Below are positions 29,695 to 38,135 of a DNA stretch of 53,649 bases, one piece after another. Positions within the stretch are counted from its first letter, which is position 1. The number at the start of each line of letters is the position of its first letter. The notes under the pieces were generated by a model, which made no database searches, was not told where the DNA came from, and worked only from the letters and a program-made list of their open reading frames with translations. This DNA comes from an uncultured Ruminococcus sp. (lineage in GTDB: Bacteria > Bacillota > Clostridia > Oscillospirales > Ruminococcaceae). A program made the translations under genes and the position numbers. The stretch is from contig CALMUA010000216.1 of NCBI GenBank assembly GCA_937872775.1, forward strand, positions 1 through 53,649, written 5' to 3'.

Positions 29695-29842
29695 TTCTGA
29701 ATTCTCCTCTCAATAATTAAAAATTATTTGCTAATTAGCAAAATATGCGAATTGTGTCTGAGTATTTAAGTATTATGACCAGAATATAAATCTAAATTTC
29801 CATCAGATTTACATTAAAATTTCATAATCACTTTATACTAAT

Positions 29843-29871
29843 ATTTTAATACACAAACATATATTTGTCAA
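29843..29871 (-). promoter_or_regulatory. Putative sigma-A promoter of cel48
   Basis: Minus strand TTGACA -17- TAAAAT; implies a leader of about 140 nt. Confidence 0.7.
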
Positions 29872-30305
29872 CCCCCGATAAATAAACAAACTTGTGAAAA
29901 ATATTTTAGTCAGATTGCAGAATATTGTAGAAAATCCTTGACTAATAAAAACATAATTGTAAATCTGATTAGTTGTTATTAACTATTATGTTCATGTCCA
30001 GTATTATAAAATTTGTTTTTTGTCAACAAGTGCAATAATAATAGAATATACATACAAATGAGAATTAAATAAATTTATTAAGGTTTATTAAGAATAGAAT
30101 CCAATATTTTGTACTGAATAAATAAAAATTTTCATTATGCACTTGAAAAATATACACTAAATATACACATAAATGAGTTATCATTTATTATTAGAAAATA
30201 TAATTGTTTGTTTTGTAATAAAACGTTCATAGTTTTATAAAATTTTCTTGTAATAATGTATAGTGTATATACATTGATTTTTTTGAAAGGCGTGAGAAAT
30301 TAAGA

Positions 30306-31277
30306 ATGATCGAAATTAAAAACCTTACTAAGCAATACGGTCAGATTACAGCAGTTGACAATATTAGCTTCACCGCAAATAAAAACGAAATACTGGGCTT
30401 CCTCGGACCTAATGGTGCCGGAAAATCAACGACAATGAATATGATAGTCGGTTACCTGCCGCCTACATCCGGACAAATTCTTATCAACGGAATGAGTATG
30501 AATGATAATCCTAAGGAGGTAAAGAAAAAAATAGGATATCTTCCTGAATTGCCTCCTTTGTATCTTGATATGAAAGTTATCGAATACCTTAAGTTTGTCG
30601 CAGGTATAAAACACGTTCCTAAGTCTGAGTGTGAAAGACAGATAGCCAGAGCTTTATCAAGACTTAAAATTACTGACATGAAAAAAAGAGTTATCAAAAA
30701 TCTTTCAAAAGGATACAGACAGAGAGTAGGATTTGCACAGGCACTTATAGGTGATCCTGAGGTTCTTATACTTGACGAGCCGACAGTCGGACTTGATCCG
30801 AACCAGACAATGGAAGTCAGAAATCTCATTAACATGCTCAGAACGGATCACACCATTATCTTCAGTTCACATATTCTTCAGGAAGTAAGTGCTGTATGTG
30901 ACCGTATTGTCATAATTGACAAGGGAAAGATAAAAGCAGTTGATACAAAGGAAAATCTTATCACCGGATCTGCTGATGATATTGTATATATTGTAAGAGT
31001 TGAGGGCAACTATGCTGATGTCGAAAAGGAACTCAGGCAGATACAGGGTATAAAGAATATCATGGACATACAGTATGTTGATGATAAGACCAGTGAATTC
31101 AAGCTTGAACTTGAAGATGAAGAAGTAAGGAAAAAAATTATTTCTGATCTGACAGAAAAGGATTTCTCTATCATAGAAATCAAGAGACTTAAAATGTCAC
31201 TTGAAGAAATCTTTGCAAGCTATACACGAGGAAGGGCATTCGCCGGAATTGATACAGGCGATAGCAATAAAGAATAA
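30306..31277 (+). CDS. ABC-2 type ATP-binding protein (GldA-like)
   Basis: GPNGAGKST, LSKGYRQRVG, LILDEPTVGLDP, SSH. Confidence 0.93.
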   Translation: MIEIKNLTKQYGQITAVDNISFTANKNEILGFLGPNGAGKSTTMNMIVGYLPPTSGQILINGMSMNDNPKEVKKKIGYLPELPPLYLDMKVIEYLKFVAGIKHVPKSECERQIARALSRLKITDMKKRVIKNLSKGYRQRVGFAQALIGDPEVLILDEPTVGLDPNQTMEVRNLINMLRTDHTIIFSSHILQEVSAVCDRIVIIDKGKIKAVDTKENLITGSADDIVYIVRVEGNYADVEKELRQIQGIKNIMDIQYVDDKTSEFKLELEDEEVRKKIISDLTEKDFSIIEIKRLKMSLEEIFASYTRGRAFAGIDTGDSNKE

Positions 31278-31305
31278 TATTAATAACGAAAGGAATTTAC
31301 TTTAT

Positions 31306-32037
31306 ATGTTTGCATTGTACAAGAAAGAAGTACAGTCGTATTTCTATTCTCCGCTGGCTTATGTAATCAGTGCTTTGTTTGTCCTTATATACTCACTCAG
31401 CTTCATTACATGGATAACAAGCCTTACAAAGCTCAATCTCCAGTTCTCTTTTTCTGCAATTTTTTACAACCAGTTTTTCTACTTTATATTCCTTATTCCT
31501 ATGCTTACAATGAAAATATTTGCTGAGGAACGCAGGGCAAACACAGAAGTGCTTCTGATGTCAACACCTTTAAATGTATTTAAAATAGTAATGGGAAAAT
31601 TTCTTGCTGTCGGAACAGTGTATTTTATGATTATTGCACTTACATTTATATATCCTGTTATAACCATGATTTACGGAGAAGTAAAATGGTCCGGACTTAT
31701 CTGCGGATACCTTGGATTTTTCCTTTGGGGAATGGGATGTATAGCTGTAGGAATGCTCATGTCATCATTTACTGAAAATCAGATAATAGCTGCTATTTTA
31801 GGTGAAGCTGCAATGATGTTTCTTTATTTTATGGATCTTTTCAGCCAGATAAAATGGATGCAGGACAAACCGATATGGTCTTCACTTATTTCAGCAGTAT
31901 CACCTAAGGAAAGATTCGAAGGCTTTGCTACAGGAATTTTCCGTTTGTCTGATATGGTATTTTACATAGTATTTATTGCCGTAATTCTTTGCTGGACAAT
32001 GATTTCAGTAGAGAAAAGACGTTGGAACAGGGGGTAG
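31306..32037 (+). CDS. ABC-2 type permease (GldF-like)
   Basis: KKEVQSYFYSPLAY, PMLTMKIFAEER, IVMGKF, SSFTENQIIAA; start moved to ATG 31306 after GAAAGGA. Confidence 0.88.
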   Translation: MFALYKKEVQSYFYSPLAYVISALFVLIYSLSFITWITSLTKLNLQFSFSAIFYNQFFYFIFLIPMLTMKIFAEERRANTEVLLMSTPLNVFKIVMGKFLAVGTVYFMIIALTFIYPVITMIYGEVKWSGLICGYLGFFLWGMGCIAVGMLMSSFTENQIIAAILGEAAMMFLYFMDLFSQIKWMQDKPIWSSLISAVSPKERFEGFATGIFRLSDMVFYIVFIAVILCWTMISVEKRRWNRG

Positions 32038-32043
32038 CATTTA

Positions 32044-33480
32044 ATGAAAAACGGCGTTAAGGTTAATTTATTTGCATGGGTAGCAGCTGTTGCTGTACTG
32101 GCTGCGGCAGTGCCGATAAACCTGATTTTTTCAAAAGTAGATGTAAAGGTGGATGTAACTCCGTATAATGCATTTACTCTTAGTGACAGTGCTGAAAAGA
32201 CACTTGAATCAATAACAGAGCCTGTGGATATGTATGTCCTTTATAAACTTGATAATCTATATGATGGTTTTTCGCTTGGTGATGTAGGATACACTATGGC
32301 AGACATGTTTGTTAAAACAGTAAGAATGATGGGCAAATACGATAATATTACACTTCACGATGTAGATGTAATCCAGGATCCTGATTTTATAAAAGAACTT
32401 GATCCTGAAGGATATATGAATCTTCAAAGTACGGATATCGTTCTCAAGAGCGGTAATAACATACGCAGAATACCATTCAATACTCTTTTTGTAACAAACG
32501 GTGAAACAGGAAATGTAGAATTTTACGGCGAAAACTATATCATGGGTGCTATTGATTATCTGCAGACAGGAAAAACGCCTACGATATATTTTACAACAGG
32601 TCATGATGAAAAAAGTATCGATGATTATACAAACCTTCGTGAAAAGCTCAAATCACAGAACTATGAAATGAAACCGATTGATATTTCAGACACCGGTTCG
32701 ATACCTGATGATGCAACAACAATTGTAGTTGCGGCTCCTAAAAAGGATCTGACAGATAATGAAACAGAAATAATCTCTTCATATCTTGATAATGGTGGAA
32801 ACATATGTATGCTGATGTCACCTTATGAAGGTAAGTTCACATATAAAAATATTGAGAAAATAATGGGACAGTACAATATAGCAATGGACTATAATAAGGT
32901 ATATGAAACAGTATCCGGTTATCATGCTCAGAATAATAAGTACATAACAATGTGTGAATTCTTTGATACAGATATAAATCAGGGACTTATACAGACACAG
33001 GATGTTGATCTTTATATGCCTCCTTCAAGAAGCTTCTATTCAACAGAAACTGATGAAAAAAAAAGCGATATGACAGTGGAGCCTTTGATTCAGACATATA
33101 ATACTGCATCCAGCGAAATATGCGGAGGAACATCACAGGATATTCAGCCTCCGGGAGGTGTGCTCTATCTTGCGGCACATGCAGAAAATCCGGACAGAAA
33201 TAACAGTAAGCTCTTTGTGTCCGGAACTGCGGATATTATATCTGATGCTGTTTCGGAAAATGAGGTTTTTGCCATGACGCCATATACTTTCCTTACAAAT
33301 ATAAGCTGGATGGATGAGGTAAACAGTGAAATGTTGTATCCTATCCATATACAGGCGACTGACTATATAACAATTCCAAATGAAAAAACAGGAAATATTA
33401 TTCTGGTTATTATGATTGCCTTTCCGATACTTATTTCTATTACAGGTGTTATTATCTGGGCAAGGAGGCGTAATGCATGA
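32044..33480 (+). CDS. GldG-family ABC auxiliary protein
   Basis: N- and C-terminal TM; DVT...FTLSD, IYFTTGHDE, IVVAAPKKDL...YLDNGG, ends IIWARRR. Confidence 0.82.
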   Translation: MKNGVKVNLFAWVAAVAVLAAAVPINLIFSKVDVKVDVTPYNAFTLSDSAEKTLESITEPVDMYVLYKLDNLYDGFSLGDVGYTMADMFVKTVRMMGKYDNITLHDVDVIQDPDFIKELDPEGYMNLQSTDIVLKSGNNIRRIPFNTLFVTNGETGNVEFYGENYIMGAIDYLQTGKTPTIYFTTGHDEKSIDDYTNLREKLKSQNYEMKPIDISDTGSIPDDATTIVVAAPKKDLTDNETEIISSYLDNGGNICMLMSPYEGKFTYKNIEKIMGQYNIAMDYNKVYETVSGYHAQNNKYITMCEFFDTDINQGLIQTQDVDLYMPPSRSFYSTETDEKKSDMTVEPLIQTYNTASSEICGGTSQDIQPPGGVLYLAAHAENPDRNNSKLFVSGTADIISDAVSENEVFAMTPYTFLTNISWMDEVNSEMLYPIHIQATDYITIPNEKTGNIILVIMIAFPILISITGVIIWARRRNA

Positions 33481-34874
33481 CAAAGCGATATGTCAGACTT
33501 CTGGTAGCCCTTATAATCGTAGCAGTTATTGCTATTGGTGCATATGCAGGCGTTACAGTATACAAAAACAATGAAAATAAGAAGCTTCAGGAAGAAGCAA
33601 ATAAAAATGTGATTTTTAAATTTAATGTAAATGACATTCATAGTCTTAAAATACGTAACAGTGCAGGAGATTATGTGTTTGAGGTGTCTGATAATTCAGA
33701 ATGGGTAATGACAAGCGGAGATGGAATAGCATTCAAATCAAGTAAGCTGGCTTCAATCTGCAATACAATATCTGATCTGACAGCGGACAGTATTCTTACT
33801 GAAAATCCTGATGATTTATCAAAGTATGGTCTTGATAATCCGATGATAATCAATGCTGTTACATATAATGATGATGAGAACAGTCTCGAAATAGGCAAAC
33901 AGGTACCAGGGGAATCAGTATATTATGTAAAGGTTACCGGAAAGGATACAATATATCTTATTTCCTCAGACTATGTTGATAATTTGTGGGCTGAAAGAGA
34001 AAATCTTAAGGACACATATATATTTGATATAAACAATACAAATGATATTAATTATTTCAGATTTGAAAAGGATGGAAAGACGGTTTATGATCTGAGCCGA
34101 GATGACGACGGAAATTGGACAAACAAAGAACCATTTCCTGATGGTAAGGTAAACAGTTCTCAGGTAGTTTCAATTCTTTCACAGGTAACACGTTCTTCAT
34201 GTGTATCATTCGGAGAGGAAAATCCTGATGATTTATCAAAACTTGGTTTTGATAATCCAAGTTTTGAGCTTGAATTAAAAACTGATTCAAAAGACGTAAA
34301 TATGATTTTCGGTGATTACTATGATGAAGACCATAGATACATATATGGATACAATGCGGAGCAGAAACAGGTCTACATATTTGAATTTGAAACTGTAGGA
34401 TGTCTTGAAACAATAACAGAAGATGTAATGCAGAGGGAACTACGCAACGAGTATTTCGGAAACATTACAGGATTTTCACTTGATATATTAGGTCAGAAAA
34501 TAGAAATAGATTTTAAGTATGATCCTAAAAATCCTACTGTTGCCGACTACAAACTTAATGGCGAAGTGGTAGATACCAATGACGAAACAACACTCAATGC
34601 TTTTAATCTCTTCATATTCTCAATAACAGGTATTGCATATGACCAAATATGTGAAAATGTCAGTGCTGATGAACTTAATAAAGAACCATCAGCCTCAGTA
34701 ATATATCATCTTACTGACGGAACTGATTATAAGCTTGAATTTATCCAGAAATCTGACGATGATAAATATTTTTACATAAAAGAAAACGGCAAATATCTTA
34801 ATGTCCTTGCAAGAAGATATATTCTTGAAGAGGGAATATTAAAGTCATATAATGATGTTATGGAACTTATGTAA
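33477..34874 (+). CDS. DUF4340-like membrane-anchored protein
   Basis: N-terminal TM; repeated ENPDDLSKYGLDNP / ENPDDLSKLGFDNP units; ATGA overlap with GldG-like gene. Confidence 0.75.
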   Translation: MTKRYVRLLVALIIVAVIAIGAYAGVTVYKNNENKKLQEEANKNVIFKFNVNDIHSLKIRNSAGDYVFEVSDNSEWVMTSGDGIAFKSSKLASICNTISDLTADSILTENPDDLSKYGLDNPMIINAVTYNDDENSLEIGKQVPGESVYYVKVTGKDTIYLISSDYVDNLWAERENLKDTYIFDINNTNDINYFRFEKDGKTVYDLSRDDDGNWTNKEPFPDGKVNSSQVVSILSQVTRSSCVSFGEENPDDLSKLGFDNPSFELELKTDSKDVNMIFGDYYDEDHRYIYGYNAEQKQVYIFEFETVGCLETITEDVMQRELRNEYFGNITGFSLDILGQKIEIDFKYDPKNPTVADYKLNGEVVDTNDETTLNAFNLFIFSITGIAYDQICENVSADELNKEPSASVIYHLTDGTDYKLEFIQKSDDDKYFYIKENGKYLNVLARRYILEEGILKSYNDVMELM

Positions 34875-34891
34875 CTGAAAGGCAGATAAAA

Positions 34892-35413
34892 ATGAAGTCA
34901 TTAAATAGTATTCTACCGGCTGTTATTATGACAGTTATCATCCTGTTCATGTTTGGCAGTTGCGGAGAAGCAGAGACAACCATGTCAAAGACTGATTACG
35001 CTTCTTCAGTGGTTTCACTTTATTCACAATATTCTAAAAAATTCGATGAAATTTCAACAGCAATACAAAATGAACAAAGAGTAACGATTTCAAGACTTTG
35101 TGACGATGCTGAAGTAATTCTTGATGACATGAAAGCACTTCTCCCGCCTCTTGCATTCAAGGATGAACATAAAAGAATTTCAAAATGCTGTGATGATGAG
35201 AAAGAAAAACTTGAACTTCAGAAGGAATATATTACTCTTTTAAAAGATAATGCCGAAATGACTGATAAAGAGAAAGAACGTAAAAAGGAAATCGAAGACA
35301 GAATGTCAGAACTGTCAGCTAAGTCTGATAGTTTCTATGCTGAAGTTGATGATTTAGCAAAACAGCAGCTCCCGACACAGACAACAGCAGACAGAAATAT
35401 GGTGAACTGGTAA
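34892..35413 (+). CDS. Hypothetical helical lipoprotein
   Basis: Signal peptide with lipobox-like FGSC; charged helical body. Confidence 0.7.
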   Translation: MKSLNSILPAVIMTVIILFMFGSCGEAETTMSKTDYASSVVSLYSQYSKKFDEISTAIQNEQRVTISRLCDDAEVILDDMKALLPPLAFKDEHKRISKCCDDEKEKLELQKEYITLLKDNAEMTDKEKERKKEIEDRMSELSAKSDSFYAEVDDLAKQQLPTQTTADRNMVNW

Positions 35414-35420
35414 AGTATAA

Positions 35421-35480
35421 AGCAGGATGTACGAATAGTTTGAAAAAACTAGGTTTCGTATGTCCTGTTTTTTGTTTTTT
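35421..35480 (+). terminator. Intrinsic terminator of Gld-like operon
   Basis: AGCAGGATGTACGAA / TTCGTATGTCCTGTT stem with G-U pairs and long T runs. Confidence 0.78.
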
Positions 35481-35514
35481 GTATAAAAAACATATGAAAA
35501 TTAAGCACAAATTT

Positions 35515-35550
35515 TATTTACTTTTTCCGTGTTTTATGATATAATAATTA
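35515..35550 (+). promoter_or_regulatory. Promoter of GH9 pair 35607/38136
   Basis: TTTACT (35517) -17- TATAAT (35540) with extended -10 TG; matches 40809..40844. Confidence 0.68.
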
Positions 35551-35606
35551 CAAAATAGGCTTATGATCTTTTGTAAAATAAATACTATAATTATGAATCT
35601 GAAAGG

Positions 35607-38105
35607 ATGAGCAAGATGAAATCAAAGAGTATTTCAAGCAGACTGAAAGCAACTGCAATATGTTCAGCATTTGCAGTTTCTACTATATCTGCAGTATTTC
35701 CCCTATATGACAAAACTGACAATCTGACATCAGTCAGTGCTGCGGATGTAGAGCTTAACTATGCAAAAGCACTCCAATATTCCATGTATTTTTATGATGC
35801 AAATATGTGTGGTACAGGTGTTGAGGAAAATTCTGAGTATTCCTGGAGAGGTAACTGTCATGTCTATGATGAAAAGCTTCCTTTGGATTCTGAAAATACA
35901 AATATGTCTGACAGTTTTATTGAAGCAAACAGAGATGTACTGGATCCTGACGGAGACGGATGTCTTGATGTTGCAGGAGGATACCATGATGCCGGAGACC
36001 ATGTAAAGTTCGGTATGCCTGAAGGATATTCAGGTGCTGCAGTAGGCTGGGGATATTATGAATTTAGAGATGCATATGAGGCTACAGGCCAGGATAAACA
36101 TGCTGAAACAATACTCAGATATTTCAATGATTATTTTATGAAATCCACATATCTTGATAAGAGCGGCAAAGCAATAGCATTCTGCTATCAGGTAGGTGAC
36201 GGAGATATTGACCATAGATACTGGAATTCACCTGAAGTAGATGAAATGTTCAGAAGAGGCTGGTTTGCCACAGATGAGCTTGTTTCAACAGACTGTATTT
36301 CAATAGCTGCTTCTTCTCTTGCAATAAACTATATGAATTTCAAGGATACAGATCCTGAATATGCAGAAAAGAGCCTTGATTATGCAAAGGCATTGTTTGA
36401 ATTTGCAGACAGATCTGACAGTAAATCAGTAAATATTGACGGACCAAAGAGCTACTATGAATCTAAAAAATGGGAAGATGATTACTGCTTTGCAGCAATA
36501 TGGCTGTATATGGCTACTCAGAATGAGGAATATGTAAATAAGGCACTTAATTATGTTGATTATTATGCACCTTCATGCTGGACATTCTGCTGGAATGATG
36601 TCTGGGCAGGAGTAATGTGCCTGCTTGGTGAAGCTGATGCTATGTACGGCAAAAAAATTACTAATAGTGTAGGAAGAGAAAGTACCCAATTTGCAGAAAA
36701 ATTCAAGACTCTTCAGAACAAGAGCCCTTATGAGGACGTTGACTGGTGGAGTCAGATTGCCAAGACAATAGAAAACTGGGAAAATGGTGTAACAGGTCAA
36801 GTAACACCTGGAGGATACTCATTCCTTAACAAATGGGGATCTGCAAGATACAATACAGCTACACAGTTCCTTGCACTTGTCTATGATAAGCATAACGGAG
36901 GCAAGGCTACTGAATATTCAGAATGGGCAAAGAGTCAGATGGATTACCTTCTTGGGGAAAATCCTATAAACAGATGCTATATTGTAGGATACAGTGATAT
37001 TTCAGCAAAATATCCTCATCACAGAGCATCATCTGGTCTTTCAAAGTGTGAAGATACAGGAAAACAGAGATATGTGCTTTATGGTGCACTTGTCGGCGGA
37101 CCTGATGAGGCTGATCAGCATATAGATCTCACTAAGGACTGGATATATAACGAAGTAACAATTGACTATAATGCAGCATTTGTAGGTGCATGTGCCGGTG
37201 AGTATTACTTCTTTGGTGATGATTCAATGCAGGTAACACCTGATTTTCCGCCTGAGGTTACATATGATCCGGGTGAACAAGGAGAAGACAATCCTGCAGG
37301 AGGAAACAAGTACTGGGCAGAGGGCTTCTGTGTTGATATTGAACAGAGTGACGGACCTAAGGCAACAGAGATATCATTTTTTGTTTGCTCAAATGTAACA
37401 AAGCCTTCAAAAAATATTTCTGTAAGATATTATTTTGATTCAACTGGAATGTCATCAATTGATATAAACAGTATAGAATTAAGACAGCTTTACGATCAGA
37501 CAGCAGCTGAAACAGATTTCGAAGCTACTATTTCAAAAGAACCAGTACACTATAAAGATAAAATATACTATATTGAAATATCATGGGATGGATTCGTAAT
37601 AGCAAATTCGAATAAAAAATATCAGTTTGCTCTGGGAACATACGCATGGGGCAATTCATGGGATCCTACAGATGACTGGAGCCATAAGGATCTCAGACAG
37701 GAAGAGGATGCATTTAAAGGTACTCCTGAGATTGCACCTTATATCTGTATATATGATGACGGTGTACTTGTAGGCGGAACAGAACCTGACGGAACAGTTC
37801 CTGAGGTAGTCACACAGGCTCCGAAACCGACTGAACCAAAAGTAACAACAACACCGAAGGCTACAACAACAAAGTCAACAACACAGAGCGATATCAGATA
37901 TGGTGATATTGATCATAATGGAAAGGTTGAAATTACAGATCTTACACTGCTAAGTCAGCATCTTCTCGGAGATGTAACTTTTGACGGGGATACTATAAAA
38001 TGTGCAGATGTTAATGGCGACGGATCAGTTGGACTTCCTGATCTCAGTCATTTTAAGCAGTATATTATGCATGACCCGGTTACTCTTGGACCAGTTAAAA
38101 AATAA
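35607..38105 (+). CDS. GH9 endoglucanase with CBM3c and C-terminal dockerin
   Basis: YHDAGDHVKF, YPHHRASS, NEVTIDYNAA; SVRYYFDS, WDPTDDWS; dockerin GDIDHNGKVEITD...ADVNGDGSVGLPD. Start may be 35607 or 35616. Confidence 0.94.
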   Translation: MSKMKSKSISSRLKATAICSAFAVSTISAVFPLYDKTDNLTSVSAADVELNYAKALQYSMYFYDANMCGTGVEENSEYSWRGNCHVYDEKLPLDSENTNMSDSFIEANRDVLDPDGDGCLDVAGGYHDAGDHVKFGMPEGYSGAAVGWGYYEFRDAYEATGQDKHAETILRYFNDYFMKSTYLDKSGKAIAFCYQVGDGDIDHRYWNSPEVDEMFRRGWFATDELVSTDCISIAASSLAINYMNFKDTDPEYAEKSLDYAKALFEFADRSDSKSVNIDGPKSYYESKKWEDDYCFAAIWLYMATQNEEYVNKALNYVDYYAPSCWTFCWNDVWAGVMCLLGEADAMYGKKITNSVGRESTQFAEKFKTLQNKSPYEDVDWWSQIAKTIENWENGVTGQVTPGGYSFLNKWGSARYNTATQFLALVYDKHNGGKATEYSEWAKSQMDYLLGENPINRCYIVGYSDISAKYPHHRASSGLSKCEDTGKQRYVLYGALVGGPDEADQHIDLTKDWIYNEVTIDYNAAFVGACAGEYYFFGDDSMQVTPDFPPEVTYDPGEQGEDNPAGGNKYWAEGFCVDIEQSDGPKATEISFFVCSNVTKPSKNISVRYYFDSTGMSSIDINSIELRQLYDQTAAETDFEATISKEPVHYKDKIYYIEISWDGFVIANSNKKYQFALGTYAWGNSWDPTDDWSHKDLRQEEDAFKGTPEIAPYICIYDDGVLVGGTEPDGTVPEVVTQAPKPTEPKVTTTPKATTTKSTTQSDIRYGDIDHNGKVEITDLTLLSQHLLGDVTFDGDTIKCADVNGDGSVGLPDLSHFKQYIMHDPVTLGPVKK

Positions 38106-38135
38106 GTTCTTATTTTTGAAAGGAATGAAAGCTGA

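Noticed and set aside
30306-34874. Gliding motility system
   Set aside because: Only GldA/F/G-like ABC parts; no T9SS or motor genes, and the host appears to be a Firmicute.
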